This document shows positions 1 to 10,737 of a DNA stretch of 64,000 nucleotides, piece after piece (the stretch's first letter is position 1; each line of letters opens with the position of its first letter). Made by a program: the position numbers and the translations under genes. Under the pieces are notes generated by a model. It saw only the letters and a program-made list of their open reading frames with translations. It searched no databases and was not told where the DNA came from. The DNA comes from an uncultured Bifidobacteriaceae bacterium (GTDB lineage: Bacteria; Acidobacteriota; Vicinamibacteria; Vicinamibacterales; JAENWD01), in contig CAYUPN010000004.1 in NCBI GenBank assembly GCA_964446605.1, positions 8,122 through 72,121 on the forward strand, read 5' to 3'.

Positions 1-55
1 CCTGCGCGCACACGAGGGCCGTCAGGACGGCCGTGGCCAGCAGGCGGCAGGTCAT
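1..55 (-). CDS. N-terminal fragment (18 codons, signal-peptide-like MTCRLLATAVLTALVCAQ) of a gene continuing past the left window edge
   Basis: Minus-strand ATG at 55-53 followed by a hydrophobic stretch. Too short to classify. Confidence 0.25.
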   Translation of the reverse strand, partial: MTCRLLATAVLTALVCAQ

Positions 56-270
56 GCGGCCATGATGGCACAGGCCGAATCGGTGCAGATGAGGCGGCTG
101 CACGCGCCACCGGCAGCGAACGGTGCGGCTTTGCACTTCCGGCGGAGTTTGTGGAACACTGACCGGCAGCAGACGGGACCCGCCTCGACTCACGCCCCGC
201 AAGCCGCCCCGCCCGGAGTGGGGCCGCGGCTCAGTTCGAGCGTGACTTCGGGAGACTGCTGCCGCACTCG

Positions 271-2523
271 ATGACGCGCCCGCTGCGTTTCACCTTCATC
301 GTTCTCACCGGACTCGGCCTGCTCGTGCTGGCCACGTCCTTCTTCGTCAGCCGGACGCTGACGGAGTGGGTCGATCGCGACCTGGCCACGCGCGCCGAGC
401 TCGGCGTCCGAGGCGCCCGGCCCGCGCTGGTGACCAGCTGGATCACCGGCTCGCCGGAGCGGCTCGGCGCACTGCTCTCGGATCTGGCGCGCGACGAGCG
501 CATGGTGGCGGCCGCCGCCTGCACGCGCGACGGCACGCGGGTGGCCGCGACGGTCGACTGGCCGGTCCATGTGACCTGCGAGGACGCCGCGCCGCACGTT
601 CGCCCCCAGGCCGATGCGGCGGGCTCCGCATGGGCGTCCTGGTACACCACGGTCGACCTCGGCGCGCACGACGCGCACCTCAGCGCCATCCCGCTGGCCG
701 AACGCGGCGAGCCGCTCGGCTTCGTGATGGTGCTGCACGACCGCGGCTTCGCCGAGGAGCGCGAAGCCCAGATTCAGCGGCTGCTCCTCGGCACGTTCGG
801 CGTGCTCGCGGTGTCGGCGTCCCTGCTGACGATGCTCGTGACGCGGCTGTCATGGCGGGGCTGGACGGCGGAGATCCGGCGCATGCTGCGTGGCGGCGTG
901 CACCGGCCCGAGTTCCAGCCGCTGCTGAAGGAGGTGCGCGAGCTCGTCGATCGCCTGAGCATGGAGCGCGAGCTCGACGGCACCGCCGGCACCTGGACGC
1001 CCCAGCGGCTGAAGGACTCGCTCAAGCGCTACCTGCTCGGCGAACGCGTCGTCGTCCTCGCCAACCGGGAACCGTACATCCACGATCGGGACAAGGACGG
1101 TACCATTGTGGTGCGGCACCCCGCGAGCGGGCTGGTCACGGCGCTCGAGCCGGTGATGCGTGCCTGCTCGGGTGTCTGGATCGCGCACGGCAGCGGGACG
1201 GCCGATCGCGAGACCGTCGACGCCCACGATCACGTCGCGGTGCCGCCCGGTGAGGAGGCGTACCTGCTGCGGCGCATCTGGCTGACCGAGGAGCAGGAGC
1301 GCGGGTACTATTACGGGTTCGCGAACGAGGGGCTGTGGCCGCTGTGCCACGTCGCCCACACGCGCCCGGTGTTCCGCACCGAGGACTGGGCGCAGTACGA
1401 GGCCGTGAACCGCAAGTTCGCCGAGGCGGCGATCGAGGAAGTCGACGCGGACGATCCGATCATCCTGGTCCAGGACTATCACTTCGCGCTGGCGCCGCGG
1501 ATGATTCGCGAGAAGCTGCCGAGGGCGACGATCATCACCTTCTGGCACATCCCCTGGCCGAATTTCGAGCGCCTCGGAATCTGCCCGTGGACCGAGCAGC
1601 TGCTCGACGGGCTGCTGGGCAGCAGCATCCTCGGGTTCCACACGCAGTTCCACTGCAACAACTTCTTCGATTCCGTGGACCGGTTCCTCGAGGCCCGCAT
1701 CGACCGCGAGTTCGACGCCGTGGTCTTCGGCGGCCAGCGCACGCTCGTGCGGCCGTACCCGATCTCGATCGACTGGCCGAACCGCTGGGCGCAGCAGACG
1801 CCTCCCGCCGACGTGTGCCGGCGCGAGGTCTTCGCGGAGCTGCACCTCGAGCCGGACGCGCTGCTCGGCGTCGGCGTCGACCGTCTCGACTACACGAAGG
1901 GGATCGAGGAGCGCCTGCTCGCCGTCGAGCGCATGCTCGAGCGGTTCCCGGAGTATCGCGGCCGCTTCACGTTCGTCCAGCTCGCGGCCCCCAGCCGCTC
2001 GACCATCCCGGAGTACCGCGCGATCGCCGAGCGCGTGGACGCCGTCGTCGAGCGGGTGAACCGCCGGTTCGGCGACGGCGCGTACCGGCCGCTCGTGCTG
2101 CGGCGGGCGCACCACGAGCCGCCCACCGTGTTCCGGTTCTTCAAGGCCGCCGACCTCTGCTACGTGAGCAGCCTGCACGACGGGATGAACCTCGTCGCCA
2201 AGGAGTTCGTGGCGGCGCGCGACGACGAGCGCGGCGTGCTCGTCCTGAGCTCGTTCACGGGCGCCTCGCGCGAGCTGGCCGAGTCGCTCATCGTCAACCC
2301 CTACGATCTGGACGAGGCGGCCGAGGCGCTCGCCGTGGCGCTGGCGATGCCGGCGTCGGAGCAGCAGGTCCGCATGCACGCGATGCGCGCGTTCCTCGCC
2401 GAGTTCAACATCTACCGCTGGGCGGGCCGCATGCTCCGCGACGCCGAGCGGCTTCGCCGGCGCGAGCGGCTGACCGGCCGGTTCGAGGGCTCGACCCACG
2501 ATCTGCCCGGCCTCGAAGCCTGA
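271..2523 (+). CDS. otsA: alpha,alpha-trehalose-phosphate synthase (GT20) with an N-terminal two-TM sensor-like extension
   Basis: 750-aa ORF. GT20 motifs [34 protein letters not shown] and [10 protein letters not shown] lie from about residue 255 onward. Residues 1-255 contain two hydrophobic helices and use the same high-GC3 codon style. Confidence 0.92.
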   Translation: MTRPLRFTFIVLTGLGLLVLATSFFVSRTLTEWVDRDLATRAELGVRGARPALVTSWITGSPERLGALLSDLARDERMVAAAACTRDGTRVAATVDWPVHVTCEDAAPHVRPQADAAGSAWASWYTTVDLGAHDAHLSAIPLAERGEPLGFVMVLHDRGFAEEREAQIQRLLLGTFGVLAVSASLLTMLVTRLSWRGWTAEIRRMLRGGVHRPEFQPLLKEVRELVDRLSMERELDGTAGTWTPQRLKDSLKRYLLGERVVVLANREPYIHDRDKDGTIVVRHPASGLVTALEPVMRACSGVWIAHGSGTADRETVDAHDHVAVPPGEEAYLLRRIWLTEEQERGYYYGFANEGLWPLCHVAHTRPVFRTEDWAQYEAVNRKFAEAAIEEVDADDPIILVQDYHFALAPRMIREKLPRATIITFWHIPWPNFERLGICPWTEQLLDGLLGSSILGFHTQFHCNNFFDSVDRFLEARIDREFDAVVFGGQRTLVRPYPISIDWPNRWAQQTPPADVCRREVFAELHLEPDALLGVGVDRLDYTKGIEERLLAVERMLERFPEYRGRFTFVQLAAPSRSTIPEYRAIAERVDAVVERVNRRFGDGAYRPLVLRRAHHEPPTVFRFFKAADLCYVSSLHDGMNLVAKEFVAARDDERGVLVLSSFTGASRELAESLIVNPYDLDEAAEALAVALAMPASEQQVRMHAMRAFLAEFNIYRWAGRMLRDAERLRRRERLTGRFEGSTHDLPGLEA

Positions 2524-2530
2524 GCGGCGT

Positions 2531-3319
2531 ATGCGGTATCTGTTCAGTCCGGCGTGCGACGCCGTCCTTCCGGCCCTCCTCGCGGATCGGCCGCTCCTCG
2601 CCTTCGACTTCGACGGCACGCTGTCGCCGCTCGTGGAATGGCCGCCGGCCGCCCGCCTGCCCGAAGGAACCGCGGCGCGGCTGCGCGAGCTGGCCTCGCG
2701 GCGCCCCGTCGTGCTCATTTCCGGACGCGGCCTCGACGATCTCCGCCCACGGGTCGCCGGCATCCCCTTCGCGGGGCTCTCGGGCAACCACGGCGTCGAG
2801 CCCTGGGGAGCGACACCCGAGATCGAGCGTCTGGTGGCGGGCTGGGTCGCGGCGCTGCATCGGGCGTTCGGGGGCGTCGAGGGAATCGAGATCCAGGACA
2901 AGCGCTGGTCGGTGACGGTCGATTACCGCCATACCCCCGATCTGGAAGGCGTCGAGCGGCGGCTCAGCGCCTTCGCGCGCACGATGCCGAACGTGCGCAT
3001 CCTCGGCGGCCGGCACGCCGATCTCAACCTCGCGCCGGCCGGCACCCACACGAAGGGCACCGCGCTGCTGGCGCATCTGCGCGAGCTCGAGTGCCGCACG
3101 GCGCTGTACGTCGGCGACGATCGCACCGACGAGGACATCTTCGGTTTGGACCTGCCCGGGCTCGTCAGCGTCCGCGTCGGCCGCAAGCCCGGGTCGCGAG
3201 CGCGGTACTTCCTGCACGAGCAACCCGAAATCGACCGCCTGCTGGACCGGCTGCTCGCCCTCACGGCCGCCGGCCAGGACGCATCCACGGCTCCCCCGGC
3301 GCCTTCGCGACATCCATGA
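2531..3319 (+). CDS. otsB: trehalose-6-phosphate phosphatase (HAD superfamily)
   Basis: HAD motifs FDFDGTL and GDDRTDED. The gene starts 7 nt after the otsA stop. Confidence 0.88.
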   Translation: MRYLFSPACDAVLPALLADRPLLAFDFDGTLSPLVEWPPAARLPEGTAARLRELASRRPVVLISGRGLDDLRPRVAGIPFAGLSGNHGVEPWGATPEIERLVAGWVAALHRAFGGVEGIEIQDKRWSVTVDYRHTPDLEGVERRLSAFARTMPNVRILGGRHADLNLAPAGTHTKGTALLAHLRELECRTALYVGDDRTDEDIFGLDLPGLVSVRVGRKPGSRARYFLHEQPEIDRLLDRLLALTAAGQDASTAPPAPSRHP

Positions 3320-5118
3320 CGACGACGACCGTACCTCGCCTCGACCACGGGGTGATCGGCAACGGGCGCGTGCTCGCGCTGATTGCTCCGTCCACGGACA
3401 TCGAGTGGCTCTGCCTGCCACGCTTCGACTCGCCGTCGATCTTCGCCGCGCTGCTCGATCCGGTCCGCGGCGGACGCTTCGGGTTCGAGTCGGCGACGCC
3501 GGTGACCAGCCGCTCGATGCGCTACCGGACGAACACGAACGTGCTCCGCACGGACGTCGCCGCCGAGGACGGGCAGTACACGATCTTCGACTTCGCACCG
3601 TGGGTGCCGGGGCTGCTGACGACCCACGCTCCGCTCGAGTTGCACCGGCTGATCGTGCCGACCGGCGGCACGCCGCGCATCCGCGTGCACTTCGACCCGC
3701 AGCCGGACTACGCGAGGCAGAAGACGGAAGTCGTGCCGGTGGCCGGCGGCGTCGAGGTCCACGCGGGCACGTCCCGTCTGCACCTGCGGACGAACGTGCC
3801 CGTCCCGTACGTGCTCAACGGCCGGCCCATCCGCCTCGACGGGCCGGTGTTCTTCGCCCTGAGCTGGGGACGGCCACCCGAGGCCGATTCGGTGCCGGCG
3901 GTGGAGCAGGCGCGCGACATCACCGTGCGCGCCTGGCGCTCGTGGGTGAAGTCGTGCCTGGTGCCCGCCTTCGCGCCGCAGGCGGTGCTCCGGTCGGCGC
4001 TGTGCCTCAAGCTCCACCAGTCCGCCGATACCGGCGCCATCATCGCCGCCGCGACGACCAGCATCCCCGAGGCGCTCGACAGCGTCCGCACGTGGGATTA
4101 CCGCTTCTGCTGGCTGCGTGACGCCGCGTTCGTCGTCGAAGCGCTCCGCCGGCTGAGCCAGCTCGCCGAAGGCGAAGCGTTCGTGCGGTTCCTGCGCGAC
4201 GTCGCGGAAGACGGGCCGCTGCAGCCGCTCTACGGCGTGGGTGGCGAGCGCATGCTCACCGAGGAGACGCTCGATCACCTCAGCGGCTTCGGCGGCGTGC
4301 GGCCGGTCCGGATCGGCAACGCGGCCTACATGCAGCAGCAGCACGATCTCATGGGCGAGATGGTGCTCTGTCTGGACACGCTGATGACCGACCCGCGCAT
4401 CGTCGACGACGACCAGCCCGGGCTGATGCGCCTCATCGAGCGCATGGTCGAGCACGCGATTGCGGTCGCCCCGACCGAGGACACGGGTATCTGGGAGTAC
4501 CGGACGCAGCCGCGGTTCTACACGTTCTCGCAGGCGATGTGCTGGGTCGCCGCGCACCGCGGCGCGCGGCTCGCGCGCATGCACGGTCTCGACCGCCAGG
4601 CCGAGCGCTGGCAGACCTGGGCCGACGAGCAGCAGGCGCGCGTGCTGCGCGAAGCCTACAACGCCGAGCGCGGCTACTTCACGCAGGCGCTGAACGGCAC
4701 GTACCCCGACGCCTCCAACCTGCTGCTGGCGACCCTGGGCTTCATCGACCCGAAGGACCCGCGCTTCGTCTCGACCGTCCGCGCGTACGAGCGGCTGCTC
4801 GTGGACCGGGGGCTCATGCTCCGCTACCGGCACGACGACGACTTCGGCGGGACGACGTCGGCGTTCTCGATCTGTTCGTTCTGGTGGGTCGAGGCGCTCG
4901 CGATGATCGGCGAGCTGGAGCGGGCGATGGAGCTGTTCGCCCGGCTGATGACGCACGCCAGCCCGCTCGGCCTGTTCTCCGAGGACATCGATCCGGCCAC
5001 CGGCATGCTCCTCGGCAACTTCCCCCAGGCCTACACGCACGTCGGGCTCATCCACGCCGCCATCACGATCGGCGAGCTGCTCGACGCGCGCGACGGCCAT
5101 TTCCGCGCATGGGCCTGA
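3316..5118 (+). CDS. glycoside hydrolase family 15 (glucoamylase/trehalase-type)
   Basis: Internal ATG at 3316 (residue 255 of track ORF 2554..5118) overlaps the otsB stop as ATGA. The upstream part of the track ORF is Arg/Pro-rich junk. Motifs WDYRFCWLRDAAF and LFSEDIDPATG..LGNFPQAYTHVGLI. Confidence 0.87.
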   Translation: MTTTTVPRLDHGVIGNGRVLALIAPSTDIEWLCLPRFDSPSIFAALLDPVRGGRFGFESATPVTSRSMRYRTNTNVLRTDVAAEDGQYTIFDFAPWVPGLLTTHAPLELHRLIVPTGGTPRIRVHFDPQPDYARQKTEVVPVAGGVEVHAGTSRLHLRTNVPVPYVLNGRPIRLDGPVFFALSWGRPPEADSVPAVEQARDITVRAWRSWVKSCLVPAFAPQAVLRSALCLKLHQSADTGAIIAAATTSIPEALDSVRTWDYRFCWLRDAAFVVEALRRLSQLAEGEAFVRFLRDVAEDGPLQPLYGVGGERMLTEETLDHLSGFGGVRPVRIGNAAYMQQQHDLMGEMVLCLDTLMTDPRIVDDDQPGLMRLIERMVEHAIAVAPTEDTGIWEYRTQPRFYTFSQAMCWVAAHRGARLARMHGLDRQAERWQTWADEQQARVLREAYNAERGYFTQALNGTYPDASNLLLATLGFIDPKDPRFVSTVRAYERLLVDRGLMLRYRHDDDFGGTTSAFSICSFWWVEALAMIGELERAMELFARLMTHASPLGLFSEDIDPATGMLLGNFPQAYTHVGLIHAAITIGELLDARDGHFRAWA

Positions 5119-5197
5119 CGCGCAGCACTGCCGGCCGTGTGGAGGAGCGGCCGGATCGGACGCCGCACGTCGGCGCCCCGCGACCCGTCCGCCGCGC

Positions 5198-7798
5198 GTG
5201 AGCCTCGAGCCCGTCGCGCCGCCGCCGGCCCCTGCCGCGGCGTCCTGGATCGTCGCGGCGGGCCGGTACTGGCACCGCCTGGCGCCGCTCGTCGGCCTCG
5301 CCCTCTTCGGCGCCGCCGTCATCGTGCTCGCCCGCGAGCTGCGCACGATGCCGCCGCGGGATCTGGCGGGGACGATGCGTCAGGTGCCGGCGGGCGCGCT
5401 GGCGGTCGCCGGCCTCTGCACCTTCCTCAACTACCTGATTCTCACGGGCTACGACCAGCTGGCGTTCCGCTACATCCGCGTGCCGATCGGCCGCGCGCGG
5501 ATTGCGCTGGCGTCGTTCGTCGGCTACGCGATCGCCAACAACGTGGGATTCGCGCTGCTGTCGGGCACGTCGGCGCGATACCGTTTCTACTCGCGGTGGG
5601 GCCTCAGCGGCGAGGACATCTCGCGCGTCGTCCTCTTCTACTCCGGAACGTTCTGGCTCGGCCTCATCGTCGTCGGCGGCTGGGCGCTCGCGGGCGGTGA
5701 GCTCCAGGCGCTCGCGTCGGTGATGCCGGCACGGCTGGCACAGGCCACCGGCTGGCTCCTGCTGGGACTGGCGTTCGCGTATCCCGTGTTCGCAATCCTC
5801 AGGCGCACGCCGGTCTGCGTGGCGGGCATCGAGTTCCGGATGCCGTCGATCGGCCTCGTCACCGCGCAGTTCGTCCTGTCGATCCTGGACTGGGCGCTCG
5901 CGGCCGGCGTCCTCTACGCGCTGCTGCCCGATCCGCGGCCGGACTTCCTGTTCTTCGTGGGCGCGTTCCTGGCGGCGCAGCTCGTCGCGCTGGTCAGCCA
6001 CGTGCCGGGCGGCCTCGGCGTGTTCGAGTCGCTGATGATCCTGATGCTGCAGATGCCGGCCACGGCCGTGCTGCCGGGGCTCGCGCTGTTCCGCGTCATC
6101 TATTACCTGATCCCGCTGGCGATGGCGCTCCTCGTGCTCATCGCCGACGAGCTGTCGCAGCGCCGGCAGCAGGTCCTTCGCTGGAGCAGCGCGTTCGGTT
6201 CGCTCGGCTCGGAGGTCACGCCGAAGCTGCTCGCGGTGTTCACGATGCTCGCCGCGGCGCTGCTGCTGACGTCGGCGGCGCTGCCGGTCGAGCCGTCACG
6301 AATCGAGCTGGTCGGCGGAGCCGTGCCGCTGCCCGTCATCGAGGCGGCGCACTTCCTCACCGGCGTGCTGGGCGCGGTGCTGCTCGTGATTGCGTGGGGA
6401 TTGTGGCGGCGGCTGGCGGCCGCGGCGGACTGGGGGCTCGCCGCCCTCGGAGCCGGCGCCGTGACGTCGATCCTGAAGGGACTCGACTACGAAGCCGCCG
6501 CGGTGCTCGCGGCGCTGCTCGGCGCGCTCGCGCTCAGCCGGAGCGAGTTCGATCGGCGCACGCCGCTGCTCGACGTGCCGTTCTCGCCTGGCTGGCTCGT
6601 CAGCTCCCTGGCGGTGGTGAGCGGGTTCGTGGGACTCGGGCTGTTCGTCTTCCGGCACGTCGCCATCACCCCGGAGCTCTGGTCCGAGTTCGGGCTGCGC
6701 AGCGATCTGCCCCGGTTCCTGCGCGCGACGATCGGCGTCGGCCTGGTCTTCGTCACCGTGGCCGTGCGCCATGCGCTGCGCCCGACCCGGCCCGCGATGA
6801 CCCTGCCGGATGCGAACGAGCTCGATCGCGCCGCCGCGGTGATCGCGACCTCACCTGCGCTGCCCGCGCCGCTGGCGCTGCTCGGGGACAAGGCGTTCAT
6901 CTGGAACGACGCCCGCGACGCCTTCCTCATGTATGCCGTGCAGGAATCGACGTGGGTTGCGCTGGGCGACCCGGTCGGGAGCGGCGCCGCCTCGTCGAGC
7001 CTCGTGCCTGCGTTCCTGGCGCGCTGCGACGAGTACGACGGGCTGCCGGTCGTCTGCGGCGCGTCCGGGCGCTGGCTGCCCGCGTATGCGGAGCACGGGC
7101 TCACGTCGATTCGCCTCGGTGACGAGGCACGCGTCTACCTGCCCCACTTTTCGATGGAGGCCAGCGGCAACCGCGTGCTCCGGACCACCCTGGCACGCCT
7201 GACGCGGTCGGGCGCGACCCTCCGCGTCATCCCGCCGGAGGAGACAACCGCACGACTCGACACGCTGCGGGAGATCTCCGACGCCTGGCTGACCGAGCGG
7301 CGGATCGCCGAGCGGTCCTTCGCGGTCAGCTGGTTCAACCCGGATTACGTCCGGCGGTTCCCTGCGGTGCTGCTGGAGGCCGGCGGCCGCGTCGAGGGCT
7401 TCGCGCTGCTCTGGCCCGATCCGGCCCGGTCGATCGTCACCATCGACCTCCTGCGGCACCGGTCGGCCGCGCCGCGCGGGTTCCTGGACGGACTGCTGAC
7501 CTGGACGCTCGCGTGGGCGCGGCAGCAGGGCTATCGCTGGTTCAGCCTCGGTCTCGTGCCGGTCGACGAGGCGGCGGACGCGGAGACCGCGCCGTTCTGG
7601 ATGCGGCTGGGCCCGTACCCGTTCACCCAGGGCGGGCCGTATCACTTCCGGCTGCTCAGGAAGCACGCGCGGAAGTTCGATCCGGTCTGGGAGCCGCGGT
7701 ACCTGGCGTATCCCGGCGGCAGCTCGCTGCTGACCGTGCTCGCCGACGTCGCGGCGATCATCGCGCGAACCCCGGCCGGCCCGGGCGCGAACCGGTGA
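5198..7798 (+). CDS. mprF: bifunctional lysyl-phosphatidylglycerol flippase/synthase (MprF family)
   Basis: 866 aa. The N-terminal half has many TM helices. The C-terminal half looks like the DUF2156/aminoacyl-PG synthase domain (LGDKAFIWNDARDAFLMY, WFSLGLVP). Confidence 0.82.
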   Translation: MSLEPVAPPPAPAAASWIVAAGRYWHRLAPLVGLALFGAAVIVLARELRTMPPRDLAGTMRQVPAGALAVAGLCTFLNYLILTGYDQLAFRYIRVPIGRARIALASFVGYAIANNVGFALLSGTSARYRFYSRWGLSGEDISRVVLFYSGTFWLGLIVVGGWALAGGELQALASVMPARLAQATGWLLLGLAFAYPVFAILRRTPVCVAGIEFRMPSIGLVTAQFVLSILDWALAAGVLYALLPDPRPDFLFFVGAFLAAQLVALVSHVPGGLGVFESLMILMLQMPATAVLPGLALFRVIYYLIPLAMALLVLIADELSQRRQQVLRWSSAFGSLGSEVTPKLLAVFTMLAAALLLTSAALPVEPSRIELVGGAVPLPVIEAAHFLTGVLGAVLLVIAWGLWRRLAAAADWGLAALGAGAVTSILKGLDYEAAAVLAALLGALALSRSEFDRRTPLLDVPFSPGWLVSSLAVVSGFVGLGLFVFRHVAITPELWSEFGLRSDLPRFLRATIGVGLVFVTVAVRHALRPTRPAMTLPDANELDRAAAVIATSPALPAPLALLGDKAFIWNDARDAFLMYAVQESTWVALGDPVGSGAASSSLVPAFLARCDEYDGLPVVCGASGRWLPAYAEHGLTSIRLGDEARVYLPHFSMEASGNRVLRTTLARLTRSGATLRVIPPEETTARLDTLREISDAWLTERRIAERSFAVSWFNPDYVRRFPAVLLEAGGRVEGFALLWPDPARSIVTIDLLRHRSAAPRGFLDGLLTWTLAWARQQGYRWFSLGLVPVDEAADAETAPFWMRLGPYPFTQGGPYHFRLLRKHARKFDPVWEPRYLAYPGGSSLLTVLADVAAIIARTPAGPGANR

Positions 7799-7847
7799 CC
7801 GGCGCGCCTTGCCGGACGCGCCCGAATTGCATAGGCTAGCCTGGCCC

Positions 7848-8306
7848 ATGCTCTACACCACGCTGAAGTTCCTGCACGTACTGCTGGCGATCATCGCCGT
7901 CGGGTTCAATGCCGCGTACGGGCTGCTCATCGCCCGCGCGCGCAAGGCCGGGCCGGACGCGCGCGAGCTGCGCTTCGCGCTCCGGACCGTGAAGGTGATG
8001 GACGACTACTTCGCGAACCCGTGCTACGTGCTGCTGCTCGTCACGGGCGTCGGCATGGTGCACGCCGCGGGGCTGCCGTGGGCCCTCGTGTGGATCCATG
8101 GGTCGCTCGCGCTGCTGGTGGTCGTCGCCGTCATCGGCTTCGGGTTCTACACGCCGACCCTGCGCCGCCAGATCGCGGCGCTCGAGGCGCGCGGTCCGCA
8201 GGATCCCGAGTTCCTCCGGCTGTCGAAGCGCGGGGCCGCGCTCGGCGGCGTGCTCGGCGTCCTCGTGATCATCATCGTCGCGCTGATGGTGTTCAAGCCG
8301 GCATGA
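7848..8306 (+). CDS. DUF2269-like integral membrane protein
   Basis: Four predicted TM helices, starting MLYTTLKFLHVLLAIIAVGFNAAYG. ATG 7848 chosen inside track ORF 7809..8306. Confidence 0.6.
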   Translation: MLYTTLKFLHVLLAIIAVGFNAAYGLLIARARKAGPDARELRFALRTVKVMDDYFANPCYVLLLVTGVGMVHAAGLPWALVWIHGSLALLVVVAVIGFGFYTPTLRRQIAALEARGPQDPEFLRLSKRGAALGGVLGVLVIIIVALMVFKPA

Positions 8307-8346
8307 CGGGCGCGCCGGGCCGCCGCGTCCGGCGACGGAGAGCAGC

Positions 8347-9285
<939 letters not shown>

Positions 9286-9326
9286 GGCGCGCACGGCGGC
9301 GGCATCGGGTACGATGCGAGGTGGGC

Positions 9327-9728
9327 ATGAGCACGATCGTCACACCCGAGCTGCCGGACCTGCAGTATTCGAGCCTCGACGAGGAAGGCTGGCCGATCCT
9401 CCGGCCGACGATGGTGACCATCGAACGCAACTCGCCCGAGGACGTCAAGAACCGGCAGGTGATCATCAGCCTCGACGGCGAACGGGTCGCGACCCTCCTT
9501 TTCGGACAGGTCTGCTCGCGCGAGATCGTGCCCGGCCGGCATCGTCTGCGCGCGAACAACACGCTCGTGTGGAAGACCGTCGAGTTCGACGCGGAGCCCG
9601 GCGCCGAGGTCCGGTTCCGGTGCGTGAACTGGGCGCCCACCAGCTTCTACTTCCTGCTGGGCCTGTTCGGCGTTTCGCCGCTGTTCGTCAGGCTCGAGCG
9701 CGTCGACGCCGGGAACAGTCCCTCGTAG
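9327..9728 (+). CDS. hypothetical small protein with a C-terminal hydrophobic segment
   Basis: High-GC3 codon usage and a GAGGTG Shine-Dalgarno before ATG 9327. I recognised no family. Confidence 0.6.
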   Translation: MSTIVTPELPDLQYSSLDEEGWPILRPTMVTIERNSPEDVKNRQVIISLDGERVATLLFGQVCSREIVPGRHRLRANNTLVWKTVEFDAEPGAEVRFRCVNWAPTSFYFLLGLFGVSPLFVRLERVDAGNSPS

Positions 9729-10309
9729 TCGTCCGGCGTATCCACGTCCCTGATCGTCCCTTCGTCGCCGGTGGCGACGGAGAGGCCGCGTGCCGCGAAG
9801 CGTCGTACGACGGGCTTCGCCCCGGCCTGCAGGTCCAGGCCGGGCGCCCGGAGCGCCTCGATCACCTCGGCGCCGAGGATCACGGGATGGCCGTGGCGCC
9901 CCCCGCATGACGGGCGCACCAGCGGCGCACGCGAGGACCGCCACGCCCGCAGCAGGGCGGCGATCGTGTCGGGCCTGACGAGGGGGAGATCCACCAGCGT
10001 CACGAGCACGGCGGGCGGGCGGGCCGGGACGGCGGCCGACAGCCCGATCCGGAGGCTCGAAAGCTGGCCGGCGTCCGGATCCGGGTTCACGAGCACCCGG
10101 GCGCGCGGGGCCGCGTCCTGCACCGCACCGGCCAGTTCGGCCCGCGTGACGACGAGCACCGGATCGAGCCCCGAGGCCAGCAGCGTGTCGGCGATGCGCC
10201 CCACGAACGAGCGGCCCCCGGCGTCCAGCAGCGCCTTGGGCCGGCTCATCCGGCGCGACGCGCCGGCCGCCAGCACGACCGCAGGCAGGGTCCCGGAGTC
10301 AGCGTCCAC
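9647..10309 (-). CDS. MobA/MocA-like nucleotidyltransferase (molybdenum cofactor cytidylyl/guanylyltransferase family)
   Basis: N-terminal LPAVVLAAGASRRMSRPKALL motif. DVDTPDDY lies near the conserved C-terminus. The last ~25 residues look non-conserved. Confidence 0.75.
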   Translation of the reverse strand: MDADSGTLPAVVLAAGASRRMSRPKALLDAGGRSFVGRIADTLLASGLDPVLVVTRAELAGAVQDAAPRARVLVNPDPDAGQLSSLRIGLSAAVPARPPAVLVTLVDLPLVRPDTIAALLRAWRSSRAPLVRPSCGGRHGHPVILGAEVIEALRAPGLDLQAGAKPVVRRFAARGLSVATGDEGTIRDVDTPDDYEGLFPASTRSSLTNSGETPNRPSRK

Positions 10310-10342
10310 GGGTCAACTCCAGCCGGAAACCGGCGCTCTCGC

Positions 10343-10372
10343 TTGACTTCCAGCGATTGAAATTCCTATAGT
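10343..10372 (+). promoter_or_regulatory. sigma70-like promoter of the cold-shock gene (TTGACT-18 nt-TATAGT)
   Basis: -35 at 10343-10348 and -10 at 10367-10372. This predicts a ~135-nt 5' UTR before ATG 10515. Confidence 0.5.
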
Positions 10373-10514
10373 CCGCCCATTGGACGGCGGCGAGCCCGTG
10401 TGTGCCTCGGCACGCGCGCGCTCCGGACAGCCCGTGACACAACACGGTGCGGACGACCGGTGGCTCGCTCCCTGGGGATTGTCCCCGAGGGCACGTCCAT
10501 CGGAGGTCACGGGT

Positions 10515-10721
10515 ATGCCGACCGGCACAATTGCACGACTCCTCATCGACAAGGGGTTCGGATTCATCCGCGACGAAGGGGGCGTCGAGCACTTCTTCCA
10601 CCGCTCTGCCGTGCGCGGCGCGGTTTTCGAACTGCTTCGCGAAGGACAGCGCGTCGAATTCCAGCCGGAAGAGTCGGGCAAGGGGCCGCGCGCCGGCGAC
10701 GTCAGACTGATCGAAGGCTGA
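10515..10721 (+). CDS. cold-shock domain protein (CspA family)
   Basis: 68 aa, starting MPTGTIARLLIDKGFGFIRDEGG.EHFFH (RNP1/RNP2-like). GGAGG Shine-Dalgarno just upstream. Confidence 0.9.
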   Translation: MPTGTIARLLIDKGFGFIRDEGGVEHFFHRSAVRGAVFELLREGQRVEFQPEESGKGPRAGDVRLIEG

Positions 10722-10737
10722 CGCGCCGTTTCGGCAT

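Noticed and set aside
850-2901. Very long ORFs antisense to or out of frame with recognised genes. Examples: 850..2901(-), 2923..5346(-), 14837..16918(-), 21171..22775(-), 30600..32078(-), 34223..36388(-), 38677..40539(+), 45975..47834(+).
   Set aside because: Their products are dominated by Arg, Ala, Gly and Pro with no recognisable motifs. Each lies entirely over a gene with clear family motifs. Long spurious ORFs of this kind are expected in very GC-rich DNA because stop codons are AT-rich.
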